Positions 10,237 to 20,160 of a DNA stretch of 64,000 nucleotides are shown piece by piece. Source of the DNA: Nitrospirota bacterium (lineage in GTDB: Bacteria; Nitrospirota; UBA9217); contig CAWIYV010000014.1 in assembly GCA_963840455.1 (NCBI GenBank), positions 480,001 through 544,000 of the forward strand, given 5' to 3'. Position numbers and translations under genes: made by a program. Within the stretch, counting starts at the first letter, position 1, and each line of letters starts with the position of its first letter. Below the pieces are notes generated by a model. That model was not told where the DNA came from. It saw only the letters and a program-made list of their open reading frames with translations, and searched no databases.

Positions 10237-11739
10237 ATGGCAGGTGAGCGGATACTGGTCGTTGATGACGAGAAAATGATCCGGGACCTGTGCGCCCATA
10301 TCCTCGCAGACGAAGGATACGGCGTCACGGTGATGCCCAACGGCGAAGCTGCGCTCGCCGAGCTCGGCCGGACCCCGACGGACCTCCTCATCACGGACAT
10401 CAAGATGCCGGGCATGGACGGACTGGAGCTCTTTGAGCGCGTTAAAAAAATGAATCCGGACATGGTCACGATCTTCATTACCGGCCACGGTACTCTCGAT
10501 ACCGCTATCGAGTCCCTCATGCGGGGCGTGGAAGGGTTCGTCCTGAAGCCGTTCACCCAGGAAGAGCTCGTCAATGCCGTGGACCGTGCGGTGACCCGGT
10601 CACGGCTTCAGAAGGAGAACATCCGGCTCAAGGCGCTCATCCCCCTGTTCGAGATCAGCAAGCTGCTGGTCACCGAGATCGATCTGGCCCACCTGTTCAG
10701 GATCATCTCCGAGGTCCTGGTGAAAGAGTTCTCGGTAGAGCGGGTGTCCCTGATGCTTGTGGATGAAGCTACCGGAAGCCTTCTGATCCGCGCTTCCCAC
10801 GGTCTGCCCACGGACCTCGCGGTGAAGGCCAGGCGCGGGCCGGGCGAAGGTGTTTCGGGGATCGTCATGAAGCACCGGAGGCCGGTCATCATCACCAAGG
10901 GCAAGAGCGACGATCCGGAGGTCATGGCAACCCTGAACAGGGACAACGAGCCCCTTTCGTCCATGTCGGTGCCCCTCATCGGCAAGGACAAGGTGCTGGG
11001 GGTGCTCAACATCAGCAAGTTCACGGATCCCACGTTCACGACCAGCGACCTGCAGATCGTGTCGGTTCTCGCCAGCCAGGTCGTGGCGACGATGGAGAAC
11101 GCCTCGCTCTATGAAGGGCTCCGGGAGAGCTATTTCCGGACCGTCCAGGCACTGGTCGCGGCGGTGGAGGCGAAGGACTCCTACACGCGATGGCATTCGA
11201 CCAATGTTGCGAAATACGCCGTCGCCATCGCACGTGACCTGGGTTTCTCGCCGTCGCAGCTCGAGGAGATCCATATCGCGGCGATCCTGCACGATGTGGG
11301 CAAGATCGGCATCAGCGAGCGGATCATCAGCAAGCCCGACCGGCTCAGCCGCGAGGAGTTCGACATCATGAAGGACCACCCGGCGCACGGGATGAGGATC
11401 CTGGAACCCATTGGTTTTTCGCAGCCCATCATCAGTGCCATCTACCAGCACCACGAGCGCTACGATGGAAAAGGGTATCCCCAGGGCATCGCGGGCGAGA
11501 ACATCGCGCTCGCAGCCCGGATCCTGAACGTTGCGGACACCATCGACGCCATGGTCTCTGAGCGCCCTTATCGGGGGACGATCTCGAGCGAAACCGTGCT
11601 CCGGGAACTGGAGCGGGAGTCGGGCCTTCAGTTCGATCCGGCGGTCAGCGGGGCGGCACGGAAGCTCATCGAAAAGGGGCTCTTAAAGCTCGGCATGCAT
11701 ACCTACGCGCAGCATACCCCTGCGGCGGACAGGAAATGA
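10237..11739 (+). CDS. Response regulator REC-GAF-HD-GYP (cyclic dinucleotide phosphodiesterase)
   Basis: ILVVDDE/DIKMPGMDG receiver domain; LHDVGKIG and HHERYDGKGYP; ATG at 10237 after AAGGAAGG. Confidence 0.92.
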   Translation: MAGERILVVDDEKMIRDLCAHILADEGYGVTVMPNGEAALAELGRTPTDLLITDIKMPGMDGLELFERVKKMNPDMVTIFITGHGTLDTAIESLMRGVEGFVLKPFTQEELVNAVDRAVTRSRLQKENIRLKALIPLFEISKLLVTEIDLAHLFRIISEVLVKEFSVERVSLMLVDEATGSLLIRASHGLPTDLAVKARRGPGEGVSGIVMKHRRPVIITKGKSDDPEVMATLNRDNEPLSSMSVPLIGKDKVLGVLNISKFTDPTFTTSDLQIVSVLASQVVATMENASLYEGLRESYFRTVQALVAAVEAKDSYTRWHSTNVAKYAVAIARDLGFSPSQLEEIHIAAILHDVGKIGISERIISKPDRLSREEFDIMKDHPAHGMRILEPIGFSQPIISAIYQHHERYDGKGYPQGIAGENIALAARILNVADTIDAMVSERPYRGTISSETVLRELERESGLQFDPAVSGAARKLIEKGLLKLGMHTYAQHTPAADRK

Positions 11740-13418
11740 AGCGACGATCGACCAGCAATAAGATATCGGACCAAACCGCGGCCCCCCGCGTCGGCGGCCC
11801 CGCCCCGGATATCCAGCCGCCCCTGCGCAAGGACGGCGGGGCGCTCCTGCGTCCGGACCCGATGGCCGGAAACCCCGATGACGAGGTCCTTCACCATCTG
11901 AGCAGTCTGCTCGACAGCGTCAAGACCGGCATCATCTCCCTCGACGGCGAGGGCAGGATACGCGTGTTCAACGCAGTCGCGGAGATGCTCTTTGCTGTCC
12001 ACCGCCAGGCGGTGCTCGGCCGTCCCTTCAGTGCCATGGGGAGAATGATCAGCTTCAAGGACCAATCGCTCCATGCCCTATGGGAGCGGCTTGCAGATGC
12101 CGTGTGGGCCGCCGGAGCGGCCCTTGACCTGGAGGCCGACCTCGTGCATCCCACGGGGCAAAGGCGCATCATATCCTACAGCGTCTATCCGCTGGGGCGT
12201 CTGGCATGGTCCGTGGGGCACGGCGTTGTGATCATGCTCGAGGACGTAACACGAAAGAAGGAGATGGAGGACCAGATCACGGACGGACGGAAGCGCCTGC
12301 AGGCGGTGTTCGACGGCATCACCGACGGGATCCAGGTGGTGGACCCGGGATTCAGGATCACCGCGGTGAACAAGTCCATGACCTACCTTGTGGGCGGTAC
12401 CGTCACCCTGGGGCATCTTTGCTACAAGTCCTGCTCTCTCGGCGACGTCCCCTGCGAGGACTGCCCGGCCGAGAAGACCTTCCGCTCCGGCCAGCCGGCC
12501 TCCCTCATCAGGCGGGCCTCCCGCAGGTCTGCCGTGCCGGGAAGCGACGATGAGCGGGTCCTCGAGATCAGCACGTTCCCGCTCCTGGACCGCAGCGGCC
12601 GTGTAGTGCAGGTCGTTGAGTACATCAAGGACGTCACGGACCGGCTCCGCCTCGCGGAGCGTATGGAACATACGCGCCGCCTTGCCGAGCTGGGTGAGAT
12701 GGCGGCCCGGGTGGCCCACGAGGTGCGGAACCCCTTGAACGCAATCAACGGCGCCGCACATTTCCTTGCGACGGAGTACGCGGACAATGAGATCATCCAG
12801 AAGTTCACCAGCCTGATCAAGCGCCAGTCCGGCCGCGTGGACCAGGTGGCCTCCGACATCCTGTATGCAGCGAAACCCTTGCGCTTGACGCGGACCAGCG
12901 TGGACGTTGACGCCGTCGTGGACCAGGTGCTTGCCTCGCTCCAGGAGGAGATCCGGGGACAGGGCATTTCAGTGGAGCGGCATGACGATCCCGACCTGCC
13001 TCGGCTCCAGGCCGACGAGCTCCAGATCGAACAGGCGCTTACCAACATCATCCAGAACGCTGTGGAGTCCATGCCCCATGGCGGCACGCTTGCCATCAGC
13101 ACAACGGAGGACACCGGAGGAGGATGGCTGCGGATCAGCGTGCAGGACACCGGGAGCGGCATCCTGCCCCGGGACAGCGACCACATCTTCGAGGCATTCT
13201 ACACCACCAAGCCCAAGGGGACGGGCCTCGGCCTTTCCATCGTTGAGGGGGTCCTCAAGAACCACGGGGGCAAGATCTTCATCGAGCAGCCCGAGGGCAT
13301 TGGTACCCGTGTCGTGCTCTGCCTCCCTGCGCTCGGCGACGCAGACGCCAGCGGGCGGGAGATGCCGGAGAGCGCACCATCCCCCCGTCCCGAAGAGTCC
13401 CCGAAGAAAACACCATGA
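11736..13418 (+). CDS. Cytoplasmic PAS-PAS histidine kinase
   Basis: Two PAS-like segments, AHEVRNPL H-box, DTGSGI and GTGLGL; start uncertain. Confidence 0.9.
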   Translation: MKRRSTSNKISDQTAAPRVGGPAPDIQPPLRKDGGALLRPDPMAGNPDDEVLHHLSSLLDSVKTGIISLDGEGRIRVFNAVAEMLFAVHRQAVLGRPFSAMGRMISFKDQSLHALWERLADAVWAAGAALDLEADLVHPTGQRRIISYSVYPLGRLAWSVGHGVVIMLEDVTRKKEMEDQITDGRKRLQAVFDGITDGIQVVDPGFRITAVNKSMTYLVGGTVTLGHLCYKSCSLGDVPCEDCPAEKTFRSGQPASLIRRASRRSAVPGSDDERVLEISTFPLLDRSGRVVQVVEYIKDVTDRLRLAERMEHTRRLAELGEMAARVAHEVRNPLNAINGAAHFLATEYADNEIIQKFTSLIKRQSGRVDQVASDILYAAKPLRLTRTSVDVDAVVDQVLASLQEEIRGQGISVERHDDPDLPRLQADELQIEQALTNIIQNAVESMPHGGTLAISTTEDTGGGWLRISVQDTGSGILPRDSDHIFEAFYTTKPKGTGLGLSIVEGVLKNHGGKIFIEQPEGIGTRVVLCLPALGDADASGREMPESAPSPRPEESPKKTP

Positions 13419-14824
13419 CCAGGAAAGCCGCAGTTCTCATCGTCGACGACGAACCGGACATCCAGCTCGTCATGTCGGTCAACCTGAGGAAGGAAGGCTA
13501 TGACGTCGACACGGCCGGCGACGGCATGGAAGCCCTGAGCAGGATCGAATCGCGGGACTACGACGTCATTATCCTGGACCATCAGATGCCCCGCCTGACA
13601 GGGATGCAGTTCCTTGAACGGCTCCGGGACAGGACCGCCGGCAGCACGGTCGACAATGATGTCCCGGTGATCGTCATGACCGCGTACGGGACCATCGAGA
13701 TGGCCGTTCAGGCGATGAAGGAAGGGGCGTACAGCTACCTCACGAAGCCCATCCAGTACGAGGACCTGAGCCTCCAGGTGAAGAACGCCGTGGAGCGCCA
13801 CCGGCTGGCCCTCGAGGTGCGGAGCCTGCGCCACGAGGTGGAGGAGCGCTACCAGTTCGGGAACATCATCGGCAGGAACCCCCGGATGCAGGAGATCTTC
13901 CAGGTCATCAGGACCGTGGCCGAGACCGACGCCACCGTGCTCGTCCACGGCGAGAGCGGCACGGGCAAGGAGCTCATCGCCCGGGCCATCCATTACAACA
14001 GCAGGCGGCAGGACAGACCCTTTGTCGTCGTGAGCTGTTCGGCCCTCCCGGAGGCGCTCCTCGAGAGCGAGCTCTTCGGCCACGAGAAAGGGGCGTTCAC
14101 CGGCGCCATCCGGCAGCGCATCGGCAGGTTCGAGATGGCCGAGGGCGGCACGATCTTCCTTGACGAGATCGGCGAGATGACCATGCCGGTGCAGCTCAAG
14201 CTCCTCCGCGTGCTCCAGGAACGGGAGTTCGAGCGGGTCGGCGGGAACCAGACCCACAAGGTCGACGTCCGCGTCATTGCCGCCACGCACCGCGATCTCC
14301 AGGAGGCCATGCGGGAACGCCATTTCCGGCAGGACCTCTTCTACCGGCTGAACGTCGTCCCCCTCAAGCTGCCGCCGCTCCGCGAACGGCTCGACGATGT
14401 TCCCCTCCTGGCCGCACACTTCCTCCGGAAATACGCCGACAAGAACCAGAAACCGGTCCGGTCCATCTCCCGCGAGGCGATGGAGGCCCTCGGCGCCTAT
14501 ACCTACCCGGGGAACGTCCGGGAGCTGGAGAACATCATCGAGCGCGCCGTGATCATGGAGAAAGGGGAGTCGATCCAGCGGGCCGAGCTGGGCGTGGCGG
14601 CCTCTGTCCGGAAGGCCCCGGTCTATCAGATCAACGGTGAGCTTGACCTCTTCAAGACGATGAAAGCGGAGGCCGTTGAGCGGTTCGAACGGGAGTACCT
14701 GTCCCAGCTGCTCCGCATGTACAAGGGGAACATGAGCAGGTCGGCACGTCACGCGGGCATGGACATCAAGAACCTGCATGAGAAGATGGCGCGGTACGGG
14801 TTGAAGCGGGAAGATTTCAAGTAA
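13415..14824 (+). CDS. Sigma54-dependent (NtrC-family) response regulator
   Basis: REC domain, GESGTGKE Walker A, GAFTGA loop, C-terminal HTH. Confidence 0.95.
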   Translation: MTRKAAVLIVDDEPDIQLVMSVNLRKEGYDVDTAGDGMEALSRIESRDYDVIILDHQMPRLTGMQFLERLRDRTAGSTVDNDVPVIVMTAYGTIEMAVQAMKEGAYSYLTKPIQYEDLSLQVKNAVERHRLALEVRSLRHEVEERYQFGNIIGRNPRMQEIFQVIRTVAETDATVLVHGESGTGKELIARAIHYNSRRQDRPFVVVSCSALPEALLESELFGHEKGAFTGAIRQRIGRFEMAEGGTIFLDEIGEMTMPVQLKLLRVLQEREFERVGGNQTHKVDVRVIAATHRDLQEAMRERHFRQDLFYRLNVVPLKLPPLRERLDDVPLLAAHFLRKYADKNQKPVRSISREAMEALGAYTYPGNVRELENIIERAVIMEKGESIQRAELGVAASVRKAPVYQINGELDLFKTMKAEAVERFEREYLSQLLRMYKGNMSRSARHAGMDIKNLHEKMARYGLKREDFK

Positions 14825-14832
14825 TTCGGGGA

Positions 14833-15498
14833 TCAGCGTCGCGACTTGCGGTCTGTGCCGCCCAGGTCCCTGAGCATGGCGGCAGCTTCTGCATTTGAAG
14901 GCTGGGCTTGCAACACCAGTTCACATTCCCTGCGGGCGTCAAGGCTGCGCCCCATCTGCCTATAGGTCTTTGCGAGGTTCATCCGGGCATCGATGTTCCC
15001 GGGCTGTGCCAGTAGCGCGTCCTGGTAAGCCTGTAGTGCTTCCGGCAGTTTGTGCTGCAGATAGTACACGCTGCCGAGATTCAGCAACACATCGACGGAC
15101 CGAGGGCGCAGATTGAGGGCCGTCCGGAAGGACCGCTCCGCATCCTCCAGCCGCTCTCTGCGGACGTACGCCATCCCGAGATTGAAGTGTGAACGGAAAT
15201 GATCGGGTCGGAGCTCGGTCGCGCGCTGCAGGGCCGCGATCGCGTCATCCATACGGCCTTCATGGTAGAGGAAGGTCCCCCTATTATAGTGCACCCGGCC
15301 CTTCCGCGGGCTCTTTCTCACGGTATCGTCCCACAGCGCGAGCGGATCTGCATACACGTCGTTCCGCGCATGCGTGAGCCAGCCGAGGCCTGAGATGATC
15401 ACCAGAGGGAGCATTGCTGCAATAAGCGGAGAAAGGGACCACGGCCCCCTGGTGTCTCCGGTGCTTTTCCGATGTGGAGGCTGCTTCTTAAGTGACAT
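14833..15498 (-). CDS. Membrane-anchored TPR protein
   Basis: One N-terminal TM, then about 4 TPRs (HYNRG, HFNLG, LLNLG, RMNLA). Confidence 0.8.
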   Translation of the reverse strand: MSLKKQPPHRKSTGDTRGPWSLSPLIAAMLPLVIISGLGWLTHARNDVYADPLALWDDTVRKSPRKGRVHYNRGTFLYHEGRMDDAIAALQRATELRPDHFRSHFNLGMAYVRRERLEDAERSFRTALNLRPRSVDVLLNLGSVYYLQHKLPEALQAYQDALLAQPGNIDARMNLAKTYRQMGRSLDARRECELVLQAQPSNAEAAAMLRDLGGTDRKSRR

Positions 15499-15567
15499 GG
15501 GTCTGGGAGTGGTCCCCGGGAAGCAAACCCGGAAGCCGGACCGGTCATGAGCGTCCCGGTGCGTCGG

Positions 15568-16158
15568 TCATTGTTTCGGCGGTTCGCATATGCCTGTTGA
15601 GCATTTCGACAGGAGCGGCTGCTTGAGCTTCTTTCCCGTGAGCGAGAGGAGCAGCAGGAAGGCGGTGGAGAACCCCAGAGCATTGAAGACAGGGTGGGAC
15701 ATTCCCATCAGGTTCACGAGGACCAGGAGGGGGTAGAGCCACAGGAGCATCCAGCCTTCCCGGTAGGCGAAACAGTAGGCTTCTTTGCCCACCATGCCGC
15801 CGGCACCCACACAGACCAGCCCGATGCCGATCAGGATCACGCTCACCGCGTACTGCTCCGGGGCATACAACCACCCCAGAACCTGCAGGGGGATGCCGAT
15901 GAGGATCGAGCCGAGGATGATCTTCTTGACCCAGGACATCCATACCAGGAGATAGATCCCCGACAGGAGCGCGCCTGCATTGAACAGCATGATGCCGAGG
16001 GTATAGAAGGGGCTCCCCAGCGGGTAGAGCACAGCGAGCACGGCAGCGCCCAGCACCTGCGCGACAAGGCCTGCTCGGTAGGATATGTCGTGCCGCCTTC
16101 TGTACGCGAGGCCGGCCATTGCGATCTGTTCTTCGAGGGTGGGGTCCGCCATGGCCAT
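15568..16158 (-). CDS. Integral membrane protein, DUF2301-like
   Basis: Multiple TM segments, YRAGL near the N-terminus and KEAYCF motif; start taken at MAMADP. Confidence 0.7.
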   Translation of the reverse strand: MAMADPTLEEQIAMAGLAYRRRHDISYRAGLVAQVLGAAVLAVLYPLGSPFYTLGIMLFNAGALLSGIYLLVWMSWVKKIILGSILIGIPLQVLGWLYAPEQYAVSVILIGIGLVCVGAGGMVGKEAYCFAYREGWMLLWLYPLLVLVNLMGMSHPVFNALGFSTAFLLLLSLTGKKLKQPLLSKCSTGICEPPKQ

Positions 16159-16453
16159 CGTTATAGCACGCCGGGAGAGGTGTTGCAAGGGGAAACGTGG
16201 CCTGCGGGAACGCGGGACGGAACGGTCCCTTGCAGGAAGCTCCATCTGCTCTTAGGCGAATGGCAGCCTCCCTGACCGGGCGTTCGGCCGGCCAAGCAAA
16301 GTGCTGACGGTGAGCCATAAGATCATCGCTTGAGAGAACGTCCTCGCGTGGAGACGCTCTGTTGGTATGCGGGAGAGGAAGGCGGGACAGTCAATAAGCA
16401 GCGATGAATAAGACCTAAAGTTGTAGTTTTGCAAAGGCAGGGGTAGAAATTTC

Positions 16454-16482
16454 TTGACTTGCCCCCCCTGTTTTGCTATATT
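16454..16482 (+). promoter_or_regulatory. Sigma70 promoter upstream of the porin gene
   Basis: TTGACT-17 nt-TATATT with extended -10 TG. Confidence 0.6.
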
Positions 16483-16821
16483 TTTTACGACTTTCTTACA
16501 AAAATTCTTTTCACCCGTAGCGATTTTTTGTGCAGTAGTCATAGTGGCTTGCTAGACCCGTTCATCTTATGACATCCACTATCCAAGCTCACAGGTCGCC
16601 TTACCCCAGTTCCGATGCGCAACCCGCGGTCTTTGCGGCCGTGTTGGTCTCGCGGCATTCACTCGTCCTACGAACGTTCCACAGTCTTCTTGCTACGAGC
16701 TTACTGAAGAAAGGGGGGATGAGCCCGGTTCTCTAACGTTGGCAATGTATCTCATCGCTTCATAAGTGAAGGGTTCTCACAAGCTCCGATGTAGGAGCAA
16801 AACTACTAGGGAGGTTAAACG

Positions 16822-18132
16822 ATGAAGAAGTTTATCGCAGTATTGGCAGTTCTCGCCCTGACCCTCACGATGGCTTCTGTGGCAATGGCAGAGGTGACCG
16901 TGAGCGGCAGCGTCGACATCCGGAGCCTGGAGCTGAACAATAACACGGATTTCTCGGACAAGGTGAACGATCGATACAGAAATACGCAGGAGCGCATCCG
17001 CGTCAACGTCGACGCGAAGAATGACAATGTCAAGGGTCGGGTGACCTTTGAGAACGACTGGGAAGCCTGGGGCTCGCAGACCAACATCACGACCGGCGGC
17101 ATGCTCTCCGGCGCGAAGACGGGCGTGGAAGCCCGTCAAGGCCAGGCTAATAATGGCAACAAGTTCGGTATCCGCGAGGGCTGGATCGACTTCACCATCC
17201 CCGGCGCACAGCCGGCGCATGTGAAGGTCGGCCATCAGTTCCTGCAGCTCGGCAACGGCTGGTTCTTCCGCTCCATGAAGTACGGCTCTGATGCCTGGCT
17301 GGTCGGTCTGCCCGGCAAGAACACGATCGCTTTCGTGGATGTGAAGGCTGCTGAGAACACCAACACACAATCGGACGATGTCGACGCCTATGTGCTGCTC
17401 GATAACTTCAAGATCGATGACACCAAGACCGTCGGTATCTATTTTGCGCGTGTAAAGGACTCCCGGAATCTGCTCTTTAGCGGGCTCGGTCTTGGTGCCG
17501 CGGGAACGGAAGCCAACCTGGACAACATCGGCCTCTGGTTCAATGGCAAGCTCGGCCCGGTGAACCTCCAGGCAGAGCTTGATTACCAGATGGGCGAGGC
17601 AAAGGGCGCAGGCGCGGTCTCTACCTCCAAGTTCAAAGGCAACCAGATCGTTGTCCAGGGCAATGTGCAGCTCGCGCCTGCCGCGGTCAACTTCCTGGTC
17701 GCCAGGGGCACCGGCGACAAGGGGGACTCCACGTCGCCAGACTTAAAGTCCTATGTCCCGATCCTCGATTCTGACCCGCATTACACGGTCGTGTACGAGT
17801 ATTTCGCGCCGACTGCTTGCGGTTTCAAGAACACGGGCTTCTGCAACACCACGGCGCTGGCCGTCGGCGGGTCTATGGAGTTCACAAAGTGGTTTACCGC
17901 CGACCTCAACCTCTTTTATCTGAAGGCGACCGAGAAGGTGCTCAATGGCGCCGGCGAACTGACCGATGAGATCGGCAACGAGATCGACCTGGTCCTGAAG
18001 TTCAAGCTCTATGACCAGCTGACCTGGAACTGGCAGCTCGCTCGCCTGATGGCGGGCAAGATGTATGATGGGGCTGTGAACAAGGCAGACGACATCGATG
18101 CCATCCAGGGCATCCTGAGCTACAAGTTCTAA
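16822..18132 (+). CDS. Outer-membrane beta-barrel porin (alginate-export/OmpJ-like)
   Basis: Signal peptide ending VAMA, alternating beta-strand pattern, C-terminal YKF, strong GGAGG RBS. Confidence 0.8.
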   Translation: MKKFIAVLAVLALTLTMASVAMAEVTVSGSVDIRSLELNNNTDFSDKVNDRYRNTQERIRVNVDAKNDNVKGRVTFENDWEAWGSQTNITTGGMLSGAKTGVEARQGQANNGNKFGIREGWIDFTIPGAQPAHVKVGHQFLQLGNGWFFRSMKYGSDAWLVGLPGKNTIAFVDVKAAENTNTQSDDVDAYVLLDNFKIDDTKTVGIYFARVKDSRNLLFSGLGLGAAGTEANLDNIGLWFNGKLGPVNLQAELDYQMGEAKGAGAVSTSKFKGNQIVVQGNVQLAPAAVNFLVARGTGDKGDSTSPDLKSYVPILDSDPHYTVVYEYFAPTACGFKNTGFCNTTALAVGGSMEFTKWFTADLNLFYLKATEKVLNGAGELTDEIGNEIDLVLKFKLYDQLTWNWQLARLMAGKMYDGAVNKADDIDAIQGILSYKF

Positions 18133-18184
18133 CCGCAGTACGATGCCGTGCCGGCGAACCCGGCAGGGCTGTCAAGCATAAGAA

Positions 18185-18219
18185 GGACCCCCGGGCAGAG
18201 ATGCCCGGGGGTTTTTTTT
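18185..18219 (+). terminator. Rho-independent terminator
   Basis: cccccgggca-gaga-tgcccggggg followed by T8. Confidence 0.9.
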
Positions 18220-18282
18220 GAGCGACGATTATAAATCACAGCTTGAGATTATTTGTTGTTCAATACATCACAGGAGGGAAAC

Positions 18283-18849
18283 ATGAAGAAGATCGCAATT
18301 GTTGCAGTGGTAGTGGTCATGATGGCGGGCCTTGCGGGCAGCGCTTTTGCCGCGAACAGCCTGGCCCAGGGGTCCAAGGCTATCAGCGTTGGGATGGGCG
18401 ACAGTTATTTCTCGCATACATTCTCACCGCAAACTCCAGGGGCTGTTAATAACGTCGTGGATATCAGCGGTCGGTACTTCGTTGCCAAGGATATGGCGCT
18501 CTACGGAGGGTTCGGTTTGCAGCTCAACAGCGGCGATTATGACGGCACCTATTTCAGCTTCACCGTAGGGGCCCGCAAATATCTGAGCACGAACGATTTC
18601 GCGCCTTTCATAGGCGGCCAGCTTGCATATGCCACGGTAGACGCGAAGCTCAACGGAACGAAGTTTGTCGACCAGTCGGTCTTTGACATTGCAGGAATGT
18701 TCGGCGCCGAGTATTTCTTCAGCAAGAACTTCAGCGTGGAGGGCTCCATTGGTCTCGGAGTTGGTCAGTTCAACGATGATCTCAATAATGCAGACAGCAC
18801 CTATCTCGGCACGAGGACAGTGGGCGTGCAGGCAAACTTCTACTTCTAA
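18283..18849 (+). CDS. Small outer-membrane beta-barrel protein
   Basis: Signal peptide ending AFA, amphipathic strands, C-terminal FYF; AGGAGG RBS before ATG 18283. Confidence 0.8.
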   Translation: MKKIAIVAVVVVMMAGLAGSAFAANSLAQGSKAISVGMGDSYFSHTFSPQTPGAVNNVVDISGRYFVAKDMALYGGFGLQLNSGDYDGTYFSFTVGARKYLSTNDFAPFIGGQLAYATVDAKLNGTKFVDQSVFDIAGMFGAEYFFSKNFSVEGSIGLGVGQFNDDLNNADSTYLGTRTVGVQANFYF

Positions 18850-18902
18850 GCACGGTTCAGAGATCATGCCACTGTCATGATCCGACAGCAGAGCTGAAAC
18901 AC

Positions 18903-18940
18903 AAATCCCCGGAGAGTCCATCTTTCCGGGGATTTTTATT
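18903..18940 (+). terminator. Rho-independent terminator
   Basis: aaatccccgga...tccggggattttt hairpin with T tail. Confidence 0.8.
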
Positions 18941-18982
18941 GTGACAAGGTTGGAGCTCTTCAGGAATAGAAAGGCAAAAAGA

Positions 18983-19200
18983 TTTTACCGCGAAGGCGCG
19001 AAGAACGCGAAGAAGGTCAAAGACCTCGATTATTTAGACCAAGGACCGAAAGTTCCTTACGCAACAGAGCCACTGAGTAACAAATGGATATCTCAGTTAA
19101 GGCTTTCTCTGAGAGCGCTGAACTCTCTGTGACAAAAGATGATGAGAAGAATGCTTTCTTTTTAGTATCCCCTCGCGACCTTCGCGCCTTCGCGGTTCAA
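18983..19200. repeat. Empty inverted-arm element (GxxExxY-associated type), copy A
   Basis: ttttaccgcgaaggcgcgaagaacgcgaag ... cctcgcgaccttcgcgccttcgcggttcaa; arms almost identical to those at 20161/20659. Confidence 0.85.
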
Positions 19201-19225
19201 GGGGCTTGGGTTTTTGTCGGCTAGA

Positions 19226-20077
19226 TCACGGATTCTGCAGTTTCGCGGCCTTGACCACGTGCTTCAGGAGTACCCGCGTAGTGACGGTGCCTACGCCGCC
19301 CGGCACCGGGGTGATGGCGCCGGCGACCTCTTTGGCCGGCTCCGTGTCCACGTCGCCGAACAGCTTGTCGCCTTCCACGTTGATGCCCACGTCCATGACC
19401 GTTGCCCCCGGCTTGATATAGTTCGGCGTGATCATCTTTGCCTTGCCGATGGCCGCAACGAGGATGTCGGCGCGGCGGCAGACCCCTGGCAGGTCCTGGG
19501 TCCGCGAGTGGCAGACGGTGACTGTTGCGTTCTCGCCCAAGAGCAGCATGGCCTGGGGCTTGCCCACCACCATGGAGCGGCCGATGACCACGGCCTCCTT
19601 GCCGCTCATCGGAATGGTGTAGAAGCGGAGCATCTCCATGACGGCCTGGGGCGTGGCGGGCGGGAATCCGGTCATATCGCCGGCCATGACCTTGCCGGCG
19701 TTCACGGGATTGAAGCAGTCGATGTCCTTTTCCGGCGCAAGAATATGCTTGACCACGTCCTCGCTGATCTGCTTCGGGAAGGGCCGCATGACGATGATGC
19801 CGTGGATGGCCTTGTTGCTGTTCCGCTCCTTCAGTATCTTGACGAACTCATCCTGGCCCGTGGTCCCCGGCAGCTGCTCGATGTCGCAGGCGATGCCGTT
19901 CTTTTCGGCCATCTTCTTCGCACTGTTCGCGTAGGCCAGCGAGTCCGGAGCATCGCCTACGATCATGATCTTGAGGGCGGGATTGATGCCTTTTCCCTTG
20001 AGGGCCTGAACCTCTGCCTGGATGTCCTGGTCCATCTTCTGCGCCACTTCTTTTCCCGTCAACAGTTTTGCCGCCAT
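19226..20077 (-). CDS. folD: Methylene-THF dehydrogenase/cyclohydrolase
   Basis: PEKDIDC, VVIGRSMVVGKP, DVGIN and ITPVPGGVG motifs. Confidence 0.95.
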   Translation of the reverse strand: MAAKLLTGKEVAQKMDQDIQAEVQALKGKGINPALKIMIVGDAPDSLAYANSAKKMAEKNGIACDIEQLPGTTGQDEFVKILKERNSNKAIHGIIVMRPFPKQISEDVVKHILAPEKDIDCFNPVNAGKVMAGDMTGFPPATPQAVMEMLRFYTIPMSGKEAVVIGRSMVVGKPQAMLLLGENATVTVCHSRTQDLPGVCRRADILVAAIGKAKMITPNYIKPGATVMDVGINVEGDKLFGDVDTEPAKEVAGAITPVPGGVGTVTTRVLLKHVVKAAKLQNP

Positions 20078-20160
20078 GGTCGCTCCTTTATAAACATGAT
20101 TTGCCGCATGCAGCTGAGATCATAAAGCAAAGATTGAAATCAACATCACAATCGTAAAGC

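Noticed and set aside
13199-14779. Long antisense ORFs (also 28150-29826, 6441-7712, 31722-32750, 46692-47933)
   Set aside because: They are shadows of well-supported genes on the other strand, expected at high GC3, and show no recognisable motifs
16205-16240. Sigma54 promoter candidates (ggaacggtcccttgc here; tggcaaacccctgc at about 47713)
   Set aside because: GG-to-GC spacing is 11 and 9 nt rather than the required 10
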